Translations under genes and position numbers: made by a program
Assembly: GCF_044704955.1 (NCBI RefSeq)
Contig: NC_092003.1
Span: forward strand, 4,216,001-4,280,000
Origin: Pristiophorus japonicus
Lineage: Eukaryota
Reading direction: 5' to 3'
DNA length: 64,000 nt
Notes under the pieces: model-generated
What the model was told of the DNA's origin: nothing
Database searches by the model: none
What the model saw: only the letters and a program-made list of their open reading frames with translations
Shown: positions 36,541-48,896 of the stretch, piece after piece
Layout of the letters: each line of letters starts with the position of its first letter
How positions within the stretch are numbered: the first letter of the stretch is position 1

Positions 36541-37472
36541 CAACCTACTCAACCTTTCCTCATAGGTCAACCCCCTCATTTCCGGAATCAACCTAATGAA
36601 CCTTCTCTGAACTGCCTCCAAACCAAGTATATCCTTCCGTAAAAATGTAAACCAAAACTGTACTCAGTATTCCAGGTATGGCCTCACCAATACCCTGTCT
36701 CACTGTAGCAAGAGTTCCCTGCTTTTATACTCCATCCCCTTTGCAGTAAAGGCCAAGATTCCATTGGCTTTCCTGATCACTTGCTGTAACTGCATGCTAT
36801 CCTTTTGTGTTTCATGCATAAGTACCCCCAGGTCCTGCTGTACTGCAACACTTTGCAATCTTTCTCCATTTAAATAATAACTTGCTCTTTGATTTTTTTC
36901 TGCCAAAGTGCATGACCTCACACTTTCCAACATTATACTGCATCTGCCAAATTTTTGCCCACTCACTTAGCCCGTCTATGTCCTTTTGCAGATTTCTTGT
37001 GACCTCACACATTGCTTTTCCTCCCATCTTTGTATCATCAGCAAACTTGGCTACGCTACACTCGGTCCCTTCTTCCAAGTCGTTAATATAGATTGTAAAT
37101 AGTTGGGGTCTTAGCACTGATCCCTGCAGCACCCCACTAGTTACTGATTGCCAACCTGAAAATGAACCATTTATCCCGACTCTCTGTTTTCTGTTCGTTA
37201 GCCAATCCTCTATCCATGCTAATATATTACCCCCAACCCCGTGAACTTCTATCTTGTGCAGTAAGCTTTTATGTGACACCTTGTCAAATGCCTTCTGTAA
37301 GTCCAAATACACCACATCCACTGGTTCCCCTTTATCCACCGTCTTCGTTACATCCTCAAAGAATTCCAGCAAATTTGTCAAACATGACTTGCCCTTCATA
37401 AATCCATGCTGACTCTGCCTGACCGAATTATGTTTTTCCAAATGTCCTGCTACTACTACAATAATGGACTCC
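36541..37472 (-). mobile_element. CR1 LINE RT-domain fragment
   Basis: ORF 36812-37474: SQHGFMKGKSCLTNL, YLDLQKAFDKV, SGVLQGSVL, KFADDTK. Confidence 0.93.
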
Positions 37473-37497
37473 ACATTTTAGGGAGAGATAAATAATA

Positions 37498-37810
37498 AAT
37501 ATTGTTGAGGGATAAATATTGGCCAGGACACGGGGAGAACTCCCCTGCTCTTAAAATAGTGGCCATGGCATCTTTTACGTCCACCCGAGAGGGCAGACAG
37601 CCTCGGTTTAATGCCTCACCAGAAAGGCGGCACCTCCGACAGAGTTGCACTCCCTCAGTACTGCCCCATCGATAGTGCAACGCTTCCTCAGTACTGTCCC
37701 TCCGACAGTGTGACACCCCTCAGATTGCCCCTCCGACAGTGCGGCGTTTCCTCAGTACTGACGCTCCGACAGTGCTGTGCTCCCTCAGCACTGTCCCACA
37801 GACAGTGCAG
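37498..37810 (-). mobile_element. Deu-domain SINE middle segment with degenerate 33-bp array
   Basis: Core and array present, head and tail absent; continues the 36411-36540 head when inverted. Confidence 0.8.
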
Positions 37811-37999
37811 GTGATCATAAGGAGGAAGAGATTACAAAAAGAAAGACTTGCATTTATATAACGCCTTTCATGACCACTGGACGTCTCAAAGTGCTTAAAA
37901 GGAATAAGTGACTTGTATCTGATGTAAAATGAGTTCAAAAGTGAACCCCGTCTTATTTCCACTAACCAGAAAGAAATTCCAAAGCAAAATACTGGCAGC

Positions 38000-38305
38000 T
38001 GGTCATTATTCCACCATTCACACCCTGTCTGGGCGAACCTTTTTCTAACTTCTGCCATTACCATCGCAAGTCGGCCCATCATCCCTTTTGTCTCTCTAAT
38101 CTCTCCTGCCTTCCACCCTATCACAGACCTTCCCTTTTGTTATTTCTTCCCCTCCCCCTTTTCAGTGCTCCGTAAGAATGTGTTCTTTTCAAACACTCTC
38201 CAGTTCTGGCAAAGGGTTGTCGAGCTGAAACGTTAAATCTGTTTCTCTCTCCACAGATGCTGCCTGACCCGCTGAGATTTGCAGCATTTTCTGTTTTTAT
38301 TTCAG
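38000..38305 (+). mobile_element. Penelope-like element terminal fragment
   Basis: CCCATCATCCCTTTTGTCTCT...CTGAAACGTTAA...CACAGATGCTGCCTGACC; sibling of 53130-53431. Confidence 0.7.
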
Positions 38306-39329
38306 AAAGAAATTCAGTTGTTTTTGGATCTTCATCATTGCCTTTTTGACATGATTTGGGGCCGTTGTGATGGTACATTGAAATGCAAAGCAGTGCTTTT
38401 TTTTTTAAACGATCCTGTGAAGAGTCAGAATGGACAATTTTTTTTTTACTCAAGACCTTTCAGCAAACCTCAATTTTACCAGGGTCTAAATCTATTGGCT
38501 TTGTAATGAGCACAGTGTCTGCTGAAACGCCATTAAGCAGAAAGGAAAATGGTGTGACCACTTCAATAACATCAGCGCATCTCTCTCGCTGATAGATTGC
38601 AGAGCCTCTGCTATTAGGATGGGCAACTGTGTATACAGATTTATCCTGCTAATGGACAGAAGTGGAAAGTAATGAATATTTAGTTACCGCTGGCACTGAA
38701 ATTTTAAACTGCAGTATTGATGCTGCAAATGGCTTCTGATTTGGTGATGTATTGTACAATTATGTGCCGAGCAGAAAATAATGAGGGTGCAGATATGATG
38801 ACTTTAGTCATTTTCTCTTCATATTTTGACGTGTACCGTGATGAGCTGTTTCTTTAACTTAAGCCTGCACTGAGCGCACAATATTAACTTTTTCAGTGGT
38901 ACAGGTATGCTGCATTTACTCCACTTTGCATTGTGCTTCTGTAATTATAACCTCATGTACATCTCCAGTAAAAAGCACTCTGCTTTTCTGGCAGCAAATG
39001 CACAACGGTATATTACCACTGTACAATGCATGCCTTCAGGTGCGTGCGTGTCACTATAAAGGCAGCTGTCTGCAGAGTGATATAAATATAGACTTTCTGG
39101 AAACTTGGACAGTGAAGATTGCATTTGCACATTTACTCGGTCACGTGCTACAGCAGCTTCAAGTCTGCCTTTTATATTGCCTTCTGGGGTGAAAGACGTA
39201 GGCGTTATTGTAAGATTGCTACATTCTCTGTTTAATCATTTTCAATTATTGTCCCTATTTAGTCTCTCCTACCTCCAACCCAGCCCTGCAGGCACTGACC
39301 CTTGTTGGGCCGTTCTTCATGTGCACATG

Positions 39330-39625
39330 CAGATAGTGAATTTCATCAAGCTGTTCAGCTGCAAGTGGGTGGTGGTGTGGCTGGAATCAGAGCCGAGTCT
39401 AATCCTTTCCTTACTCGATGTCCATGAACATGTACTTCCATTAGATAGCGATTAGAAATGAGAATGCTGGCTGTTTTCCTCCCTCGCTCACTAGCCTATG
39501 AGCAGAGGACAATTGTATTATTCAGCCAGATAATTCAGTCGAGATTGACAATGGCACTTGGAAGCTTCCTGATCTGCATGGCTCCACACCACATCGATAC
39601 TGCATTCCCCATTGAGCCATTAAGG
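39330..39625 (-). mobile_element. Old unclassified SINE-like repeat
   Basis: Reverse strand begins with A-box-like TGGCTCAATGG; weak similarity to the 22360 and 52700 segments. Confidence 0.4.
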
Positions 39626-39754
39626 GAGCTTTCATTATACAGGTATTTTTATAATTAGATGCAGCTACAATGAATATACTTTCTCACCATTATAACGTTC
39701 TGAATGAATTACATTGATGTAATAAATATCTAATTTACAATCTTAAAAAAAAAT

Positions 39755-40193
39755 AAAGACTTGCATTTATATAGTGCCTTTCATGACCATCAGCCGTCTC
39801 AAAGCACTTTGTAGTCAATGAAGTACTTTTGGAGCGTAGTCACTGTTGTAATGTGGGAAACGCGGCAGCCAACTTGCAGCAAGCTCCCACAAACAGCATG
39901 CGATAATGACCAGATAATCTGTTTTAGTGATGTTGATTGAGGGATAAATATTGGCCCCAGGTCACCGGGGATAACTCCCCGCTCTTCTTCGAAATATTGC
40001 CACGGGATCTTTTACATCCACCTGAGAGGGCAGACGGGGCCTCGGTTTAACGTCTCATCCGAAAGATGGCACCTCTGCTAGTGCAGCACTCCTTCAACAC
40101 TGCATTCGAGTGTCAGCCTAGATATTTTGTGCTCAAGTCCTAAGAGTGGGACTTGAACCCACAACCTTCTACCCACTGTGCCACAGCTGATAC
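39755..40193 (-). mobile_element. Deu-domain SINE, near full length
   Basis: Tail, core and head collinear with siblings. Confidence 0.88.
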
Positions 40194-40861
40194 TGCTAGA
40201 ACCTCAGACTCTAACTGGTAGTTTGAGAATAGTTTTATCATAAATTTCAAACCATAAGCAATGATGTTGGCCCCAAATATTTTATTTTAACCAAACTGCC
40301 TTAGACCAGAGTAGAAATTAGTTCCCGAAAGCACTCGTGATTCCTCAATGCCTCCTTCTGTTATATGGCAGTAATTACCAAGGCATGCATACAAGCTGAC
40401 CTGTTGCCTCTGAATAATTGCACCATGGCACAGCCTTTTATCACAGGAAATGTGATCCCAGACTTTGATAAATGCTTGTTTTGGTTTTCTATGCTGAATT
40501 TGTAATTCATCGCTATTAAATGTTTCTCCCAACAATAGAAGATGCGCTCTCCCTCACATCATTGTTTTTTTTTAAATGGCTAACAGTACTTGACTGAGCT
40601 TCTTAAAATTGCAATTGTCTTCATTTTTCTCAAAAGTTTGGTGCATTATCTTATATGCAAGTTTCCTCACAGTATCTTACTTAGAAGATATTTTTTAATT
40701 CAGTAATCATTTTAGCTGGTTCAGATAACACCATAAATGAGGACAAGGTTTGAGTGGTTTATAGCTGTTGTCTGAACCCCAGTGGAAGATTCTGTTTGTT
40801 GCTTTCGGTGTCATGGCAGACATAAGCCATCGCGCTCGCTGAAGTTCATACATGGTTTTTT

Positions 40862-41092
40862 AAAATTCCTTCTGGGATGCGGGCATCGCTGTCAAGGCCA
40901 GCATTTATTGCCCATCTCTAACTGCCGTTGAGAAGGTGGTGGTGAGTCACCTTCTCAAACCGCTGCAGTCCCTGTAGAGAACGTTACTCCCACAGTGCTG
41001 TTAGGCAGGGCGCTCCAGGATTTTGACCCAGCGATGATGAAGGAAGGTGATATAGTTCCAAGTCAGGATGGGGTGTGACTTGGAGGGGAACT
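40862..41092 (-). mobile_element. 3' end of a second CR1-like LINE family
   Basis: Reverse strand: WNALPNSTVG...GLQRFEKVTHHHLL then GGGCAATAAATGCTGGCC...CATCCCA tail. Confidence 0.65.
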
Positions 41093-41097
41093 TACCA

Positions 41098-41328
41098 TTC
41101 TTCTTTGAAATAGTGTAATGGGATCTTTTACGTCCACCTGAGAAACCGAGGTCCTGTCCGCTCTAACATCTCATCCGAAAGACGACACCTCCAACAGTGC
41201 AGCGCTCCCTCAGCATTGCACTGGAATGTCAGCCTAGATTTATGTGCTGAAGTCCCGAGAGTGGGACTTGAACCCACAACCTTCTGACTCAGAGGCGAAT
41301 GTGCTGCCCATTGATTCACAGCTGACAC
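41098..41328 (-). mobile_element. Deu-domain SINE, 5' half
   Basis: Head and part of the core; small internal inversion (AAACCGAGGTCCTGTC); shares its 5' flank with the 39755 copy. Confidence 0.85.
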
Positions 41329-41759
41329 TGCTAGAACCTCAGACTCTTAACTGGTAGTTTGAGATGTTGCTGACTTTGACAGATCCGAACAGTTAATATC
41401 CTTGGTAATGGCGGGAGGGCGGGTAGTAGGTTGAGAAGAAGCAATATTCTTAAAAGGTGATTGCTATTAAGTGAGCAGTTTACTTCTAAAGCTTTAGCTA
41501 AACCAAGGACATTAGGAAATAAATTAGATGCATGGGTAATTAATGTAACCAATCTCATAAGTACCTGATCACAACATTGATCTGTTGAGAGCAGGGCTGT
41601 GAGCTACAATGGTAATACGTACATATATTACCTGCAGGCCTCCGAATAATCCATATGTTGGATCACCCGTGTGTTCTTTTCATGTTGGCTGCTTGTTGCA
41701 GAAACAATTCTTACTGGTTAACGCATTGAAAAACAGAACAACCCTCCAACTGAATAAAT

Positions 41760-42003
41760 ACAAAGCAAAAACTGCAGATGCTGGAAATCTGAAACACAAA
41801 CAAAACAAGCTGAAAACACGGGTCAGCGTACATCTGTGGAGAGAACAGACAAATTAATGCATCAGGTTGTTGACCCATCACAGCTGAGGAAGGGTCTGCT
41901 CACACAATGTTGACTTGTCTGTTCTCATCACAGATATTGACTGACCTACTGACTGTTTCCAGCATGTTCTATTCGTTTTAAACCCTCCTACTGTTTTTGC
42001 TTT
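41760..42003. mobile_element. Penelope-like inverted terminal pair (old)
   Basis: CATCTGTGGAGAGAACAGACAA...TTGTCTGTTCTCATCACAGAT fold-back. Confidence 0.6.
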
Positions 42004-42237
42004 TGTTATGAATGTAACTATGTAATACTTGCCACCAGAGGGCGCGACTGTTGGAGTCTTAATGGTCACCTGCACACACGTGCAGGGCCAGTATAAAAGG
42101 TTGGCTGCCATGTTGTTTAGGCACTCTGGAGTTGTAATAAAGAAGACTACGGTCACACTAAGTTTAACTCACAGTACTCAGCCTCGTGGAGTTCTTCTAT
42201 ACACAACAACTGGCGACGAGTAATAGAATACTAACCG

Positions 42238-43290
42238 TGGCTACCGTTGGAATATTAGAGATATTCATAGAGGGTGATGATTGGGGAGCCTTCGTCGAGT
42301 GTCTCGACCAGTACTTCGTGGCCAACGAGCTGGAAGGAGACACTAACGCGGCCAAGCGCAGGGCGGTTCGCCTCACCGTTTGTGGACCTAAAATATACGG
42401 CCTCATCAAGAATCTGCTTGCACCAACGGAGAAGGAATATACAGGTGGTGGCTGGTGTGCAATGGCCACCACACCCATTAAAAAAAGCACAGGCATCTTC
42501 CACCCTTCAGGATGTAGTTCGGGATCTGGAATATTAGGTCCTTCATTTAAATACCTATGAACTCATTCCTTTTTGGCGTGAAAGCAAGTTATCCTCGCTT
42601 TGAGGGACTGCTTATGATAATGAATATGCAGAGTTGTGCACGCTGGTTCGGGACCACCTCAAGCCGAAGGAGAGTATCCTCATGGCCAGATAGCGTTTTT
42701 ACACGCATCATCGCTCCGGGGACCAGGACGTGGCGGATTATGTCGCCGATCTGAGACGCCTCGCGGGACCTTGCGATTTTGGAGCTGCGTTGGGGCAAAT
42801 GCTGCGGGACTTTTTCGTGCTGGGCATCAGCCATGAGGTCATTCTTCAAAAGCTGCTGGCTGCCGAAACCCTCGACCTGAGCAGGGCCATCGCGATCGCA
42901 CAGGCATGCATGGCCACGGATGGTAACATCAAACAGATATCATCTCAACATCGAAGCTCACCAGCAAGTACTGTGCATAAATTGACGTTGCTAGCAGACC
43001 GAACTGCATATGGCAGGGCCTATATGTCTGCGGCTGTGATGACTCAGAGTCGGCTATCGGGGGTGAATGTGAATCCATTAGCACCGTGTTGGCGCTTCAG
43101 GGGTAATCATTGGGCCCATCAATGTCGATTCAAGCACTACATGTGCAAAGGCTGCGCAACGATGGGGCACCTTCAGCGAATGTGCAAACGTGCTGCGACA
43201 TACCACGTGGCAGAGGATGATCGATCCGGCGCGGATTACGCAGCACAGGCAACTCAACCTGAGCAAGAAGTGTATGGGTACATACCTTCA
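42238..43290 (+). pseudogene. gag: Gypsy gag, disrupted
   Basis: DDWGAFVECLDQYFVAN, YVADLRRLAGPCDFG, MLRDFFVLGI, two zinc knuckles (degenerate CWRFRGNHWAHQC; CKGCATMGHLQRMC); in-frame stop and nested retroposon. Confidence 0.9.
42445..42621 (+). mobile_element. RTE-tailed non-autonomous retroposon nested in gag
   Basis: Same family as 999-1243; 10-bp TSD gaatatacag/gaatatgcag. Confidence 0.9.
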
Positions 43291-46200
43291 CCACCAAGAG
43301 TCCTCCTATAATGCTGAAAGTCAAATTAAATGGAGTTCCAGTATCCATGGAGTTGGACACGGGTGCGAGTCAGTCAATAAAGAGCCAGAAGGCTTTCGAG
43401 AAACTGTAGGGCAATAAAGCACAAAGGCCCAAACTGAGCCCGATTAATGCAAAGCTGCGAACCTACACCAAAGAGCTCATACCAGTCATTGGAAGTGCGG
43501 CAGTGAAGGTATCGTATGATGGAGCTGTGCATGACCTATCATTCTGGATTGTTCCAGACAATGGCCCAACGCTATTCGGCAGAAGCTGGCTGAAAAACAT
43601 TAGATAGAATTGAAACAACATCAAAGCACTATCTTCAGTGGATGACGCCTCGTGTGCTCAAGTGCTGAGCAAGTTTCCCTCGCTATTCGAACCAGGCATC
43701 GGCAACTTTGCAGGCGCAAGGTACAAATCCATCTAGGCCCTGATGCACGGCCCGTCCATCACAAGGCTCGGGCGGTTCCGTACATGATGAAGGAAAAAGT
43801 CGAGATCGAACTGGACAGACTCCAACGTGAACGAATCATATCGCCAGTCGAGTTCAACGAGTGGGCCAGTCCAATTGTTCAGGTGTTGAAAAGCGATGGC
43901 ACGGTCAGAATCTGCGGAGACTACAAGGTAACAATTAACCGAGTCTCACTACAAGACCAGTACTTGCTGCTCAAGGCGGATGACCTGTTCGCAACGTTAG
44001 AGGTGGGGGGGGGTCGGTCACCAAGTAGGACCTAACCTCCGCCTACATGACACAGGAGCTGGCTGAATCTTCGAAAAGACTGACGTGCATCAACACATAC
44101 AAAAGGCTGTTTATATACCACAGGTGCCCTTTCGGGATTCGCTCGGCTGCAGCCATTTTCCAGAGAAACATGGAGAGTTTGCTGAAATCTGTTTAGCGCA
44201 CCGTGGTGTTTCAAGACAACATCCTGATCACTGATCGTGACAACATCGAACATCTACACAACCTGAAAGAGGTTCTAAGTCGCCAAGACAGAGTGGGACT
44301 CCGCTCCAAGTGTGTTTTCCTGGCACCAGAAGTCGAATTTTTGGGGAGAAAGATTGCAGCAGACGGCATCAGGCCCACAGACTCAGAGGCCATCAAGAAT
44401 GCACCCAGACCACAAAATGTGACGGAGCTGCATTCGTTTCTGGGACTTTTGGTAACTTTCTACCCGGGTTGAGCACATTGTTCGAGCCTTTGCACATGTT
44501 GCTACATAAGGGTGACGACTGGGTTTGGGGCAAATCTCAAGACACAGCCTTTGAGAAGGCCAGGAACCTGCTATGTTCAAATAAGTTACTTGTACACGAT
44601 GACCCATGTAAACATCTAGTGCTAGCTTGTGACGCCTAATCGTACGGGGTCGGCTGTGTGTTACAGCAAGCTAATGTATCGGGCAACTTCCAACTAGTTG
44701 TATATGTGTCTAGAAGTCTGTCTAAGGCTGAGAGAGCCTATAGTATGGTCGAGAAAGAGGAGTTAGCATGTGTATATATGGGGTTAAGAAAATGCACCAA
44801 TACCTATTTGGACTTCGGTTTGAGCTTGAAACTGACCACAAGCCGCTCATTTCGCTGTTTTCAGAGAGCAAATGTATAAATACCAATGCTTCGTCCCGCA
44901 TTCAAAGATGGGCACTAAGATTATCCGCTTATGACTATGTTATCCGCCACAGACTAGGCACTGAAAACTGTGCCGATGCTCTCAACCGGCTGCCATTACC
45001 CACCACTCGGGTTGAAATGGCGCAGCCAGCAGACTTGCTGCTGGTCATGGATGCTTTTGAGAGTGAGGGGTCACCCATCACAGCTCGCCAAATCAGGACC
45101 TGGACCAGCCAGGGTCCTGTGCTATCATTAGTAAAGAGTTGCATCCTAAATGGGAACTGGTCAGCCGTTCCCGGGGAAATGCAAGGTGAAATTAAGCCGT
45201 TTCACCGACGCAAAGATGAAATGTCTATCCAGTCGGATTGTCTCTTATGGGGTAATCGCGTGGTTTTGCCAAAAAAAGGCCGGAAAACTTTTATACGCGA
45301 CCTACACAGTACCCACCCAGGCATTGTCATGATGAAGGCAATTGTCAGGTCGCATGTTTGGTGGCCCGGTATTGACTTGGACTTGGAGTCATGCGTGCAT
45401 CAGTGCAACACTGGCTCGCAACTGAGTAATGCACCAAGGGAGGCTCCACTGAGTCTGTGGTCATGGCCCTCCAAACCATGGTCCAGGATTCACGTAGATT
45501 TTGCCGGCCCCTTTCTCGGAAAGATGTTTTTAGTAGTTGTGGACACTTACTCCAAATGAATTGAATGTGTAATCATGTCATCCAGCAGGTCCACAGCCAC
45601 CATTGAAAGCCTCATGATCATGTTCGCCACCCATGGCTTGCCCGATGTCCTTGTCAGCGACAATGGACCGTGTTTCACCAGCTCGGAATTTAACGAGTTT
45701 ATGACCCGCAATGGCATCAAGCATGTCAGGTCTGCTCTGTTTAAGCCCGCGTCTAACGGTCAAGCGGAGCGGGCAGTCCAAACAATCATGCAGAGCATGA
45801 AACGCGTGACGGACGGCTCCCTGCAGACCCGCTTGTCTCGCATTCTGCTCAGTTACCGGACGTGACCCCACTCACTCACCGTTAATGAAGAGAGCCCTCA
45901 AAACCAGGCTCTCCCTAGTCCACCCGGATCTTAATGAGACATCGGCAGAACATGTACCTCGATCGCGCGGCTGTTTCACGTGACATTGACGTTAACGATC
46001 CTGTGTTTGTCCTGAATTACGGTCATGGTCCCAAGTGGGTTGCTGGCACTGTTTTGGCCAAGGAAGGGAATAGGGTGTTTATAATCAAACTGTTAAATGG
46101 CCAAACGTGCAGAAAGAATTTAGATCAGACCAAATTGCGATTTACTGACAACCAGGAGCGACTTGAAGAGGACATCACCGTCGACGATCCACCAACACAC

Positions 46201-46380
46201 ACCCAACCAGCAATCGACCTCGCTGTCAATCACGAGGATGAACCCACCGTTCCTGACAGTCCGGTCAGACCAGCCGCGGTACAGTGCTGCAATGGTCCAG
46301 CCAACTCACACACGCCAGGGTTTGAACTTAAGACGATCAACCAGGGAGCGAAGGGCTCCAGATCGCCTCAACATGTAAAT
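43291..46380 (+). pseudogene. pol: Gypsy pol (protease, RT, RNase H, integrase), disrupted
   Basis: MELDTGAS; WASPIV...VRICGDYK, VFQDNILI (catalytic DD mutated); LACDA, TDHKPL; HSTHPG...WWPGID, IHVDFAGP, VSDNGP, SNGQAER; several stops and frameshifts. Confidence 0.93.
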
Positions 46381-46737
46381 AACTTGTACCGAAGACTTAT
46401 GGGGGGGGGGGGGGCGTGGGGGGCGGGAGAGTGATGTTATGTATGTAACTATAATACTTGTCACCAGGGGTCGCGACTGTTGGAGTCCTAATGGTCACCT
46501 GCGCACACGTGCAGGGCCAGTATAAAAGGTTGGCTGCCATATTGTTTAGGCACTCTGGTGTTGTAATAAAGAAGACTAAGGTCACACTAAGTTTAGCTCA
46601 CAGTACTCAGTCTCGTGGAGTTGTTCTATACACAACAGCTTTCATAATAGTATGAAACTTTGATTCATGAAGGACATTTTAAGCTGTTGGGGAGGACGGT
46701 GCAACAGCAACACAGTCCTCCCCAACCCTAGCCACAT

Positions 46738-46897
46738 CTAAAAAGTGTTTGGATGTGCACTTGAAGTGCCGTAACCCACAGGGCTACGGACCAAGAGCTG
46801 GAAAGTGGGATTAGGCTGGATAGTTCTTTGTTGGCCGGAGCGGACACGATGGGCTAAAATGGCCTCCTTCTGTGCTGTAAATGTCTATGATTCTATG
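46738..46897 (+). mobile_element. CR1 LINE 3' end
   Basis: GGACACGATGGGCTAAAATGGCCTCCTTCTGTGCTGTAAATGTCTATGATTCTATG tail. Confidence 0.75.
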
Positions 46898-47131
46898 AAG
46901 ACACAAACGTTATTTTTACAAATAGAGGGGATTGTACTTCCATTCATAACAAACAAAAATATTAAAAGGCATTGAAAAAGCTCCTGTAGCAGCAGATATA
47001 GTGCCTGCTGAATTGTGAACTTGTTGTTGCAGCCAACGTGATAATGAAGCAGCAGTTTTAAGAGCACGTTGATCCTAGGTTGATGCCTGCCGATTTCCTA
47101 ATGAGGTGATAAAATCTGCTTCCAGAACTAA

Positions 47132-47836
47132 GAGGTTATAACTACCAGCAAAGGCTGAACAGACTAGGGCTCTTCGCTAGAAAAGAGAAAAAGAAAGAAA
47201 GACTTGGATTTATGGAGCGCTTTTCACGACTATCACTGTTGTAATGTGGGAAACGCGGCAGCTGATTTGCGCACAAGCAAGCTCCCACAAACAGCAATGT
47301 GATAATGACCAGATATACTGTTATGTTGATTGAGGGATAAATATTGGCCCCAGGACGCCGGGATAACGCCCCTTCTCTTTGAAATAGTGTCATGGGATCT
47401 TTTGTGCTCAAGTCCCTGGATTGGGACTTGAACCCACAAGCTTCTGAGTCAGAGGTGAGAGTGCTACCCATGACCATGAGAGGTCTCTTAAAGGGTTTTG
47501 ATAGGGTAGAAGTAGAAAGATTTTTCCACTTGTGGGGGAGGGCCATCAATATAAGACAGTCACTAATAAATCCAGTGGGGAATTCAGGAGAAACTTCTTT
47601 ACCTAGAGAGGGGTGAGAATGTGGAATTTGCTACCACAGGGAGTGGTTGAGGCGAATAGCGGAGATGCATTTCAGGGGAGGCTGAATAAACACATGAGGG
47701 AAAAAGGAATAGAAGGTTATGCTGATAGGATGAGATGAAATAGGATTGGAGGAGACTCGTGTGGAGCATAAACACCAGCACGGACCAGTTAGGCCAAATG
47801 GCGTGTTTCTGTGCTGTAATTTCTATGTAATTCTAT
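47132..47836 (+). mobile_element. CR1 LINE 3' fragment containing an internally deleted Deu-SINE (47190-47470, minus strand)
   Basis: RLNRLGLF...; TTCTATGTAATTCTAT tail; SINE tail, core and head in between. Confidence 0.8.
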
Positions 47837-48607
47837 TGCAGAGAACACGCAGCAACATACCCGAGGTTGCTCCTTTGTGTACGTTATTTTGAGTGTGCAC
47901 ACTTTTCAGAAATAGCAATCCTCATTACCCAATCTGGTGAAACATTATACTTTGTGCCCTGGATAGTAAGATTGTTTCCAGCGTTATTTGTCACTGCAGT
48001 CTCATTTTAGTGTATTATTACAAAACATTGCTTTTCATCACTTCTGCTCAGAGTGACGTAAGCCACTATAGTATCCACTAAGCCTGCGGGATTTGTACTG
48101 GAGCCTAGCAGTGCACCTTCTCCAAAACTAATGACTTAAAATTTTCAAAGAAGAAACTTTCTTGTGAGCTTTAATCCCTCAGAAAAATGGTCAGACTAAG
48201 CTGCTTAAAAATTGGTTTTCTTAACCACAGTGCAGTTAACCCAACATTTTTTTCCTTGCGAGCGCATAAAATTTCAGCACGTTTTTGAATGTCCACCTTG
48301 TACGCCACAGGTGCATTACTGCGTAATAAATTAGAATTGATGAGCATTGAATTAACTATCTCTGCAGACAGATATTGAATTAAATCCTTGCTTGTTGCAC
48401 GGCTCGCACAGTATATGACCTCGTTATTAAATCCTTGCAGGAAGCAAATGTTTTCCTGATGAAATGGACACAAATGAGCAAGTCTCACATGATTAATTAT
48501 AAATCCTGATGTATTGCACTGATAAAGGTGGGGTTGCAGCTTTTTATTTTACAAACGTGAAGGGCTCATAACTAGTGTAAGTTGAATAAAAGCAGTAACA
48601 CATTATC

Positions 48608-48884
48608 ATAGAAAATAGGTGCAGGAGCAGGCCATTTGGCCCTTCGAGCCTGCACCGCCATTCAATATGATCATGGCTGATTATTTTTGCAACTTCAGTA
48701 CCCCACTCCTGCTTTCTCTCCATACCCCTTGATCCCTTTAGCCATAAGGACCACCTCTAACTCCTTTTTGAATATGTCTAACGAACTGGCCTCAACAACC
48801 TTCTGTGGTAGAGAATTCCACAGGTTCAGAATTCTCTGGGTGAAGAATTGCTCCTCATCTCGGTCCTCGATGGCTTACCCCTTA
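48608..48884 (-). mobile_element. CR1 LINE 3' fragment
   Basis: Sibling of 16995-17270. Confidence 0.85.
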
Positions 48885-48896
48885 CAGTACAGTATT

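Larger units (their letters stand above)
42004..46637 (+). mobile_element. Ty3/Gypsy LTR retrotransposon (Mag-like), near full length, inactivated
   Basis: LTRs 42004-42208 and 46435-46637 (TG...CA); TSD gcttt; PBS TGGCGACGAG (42211-42220, complementary to the tRNA-Ser(GCU) 3' end); G-rich PPT 46399-46434; domain order gag-PR-RT-RH-IN. Confidence 0.97.
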
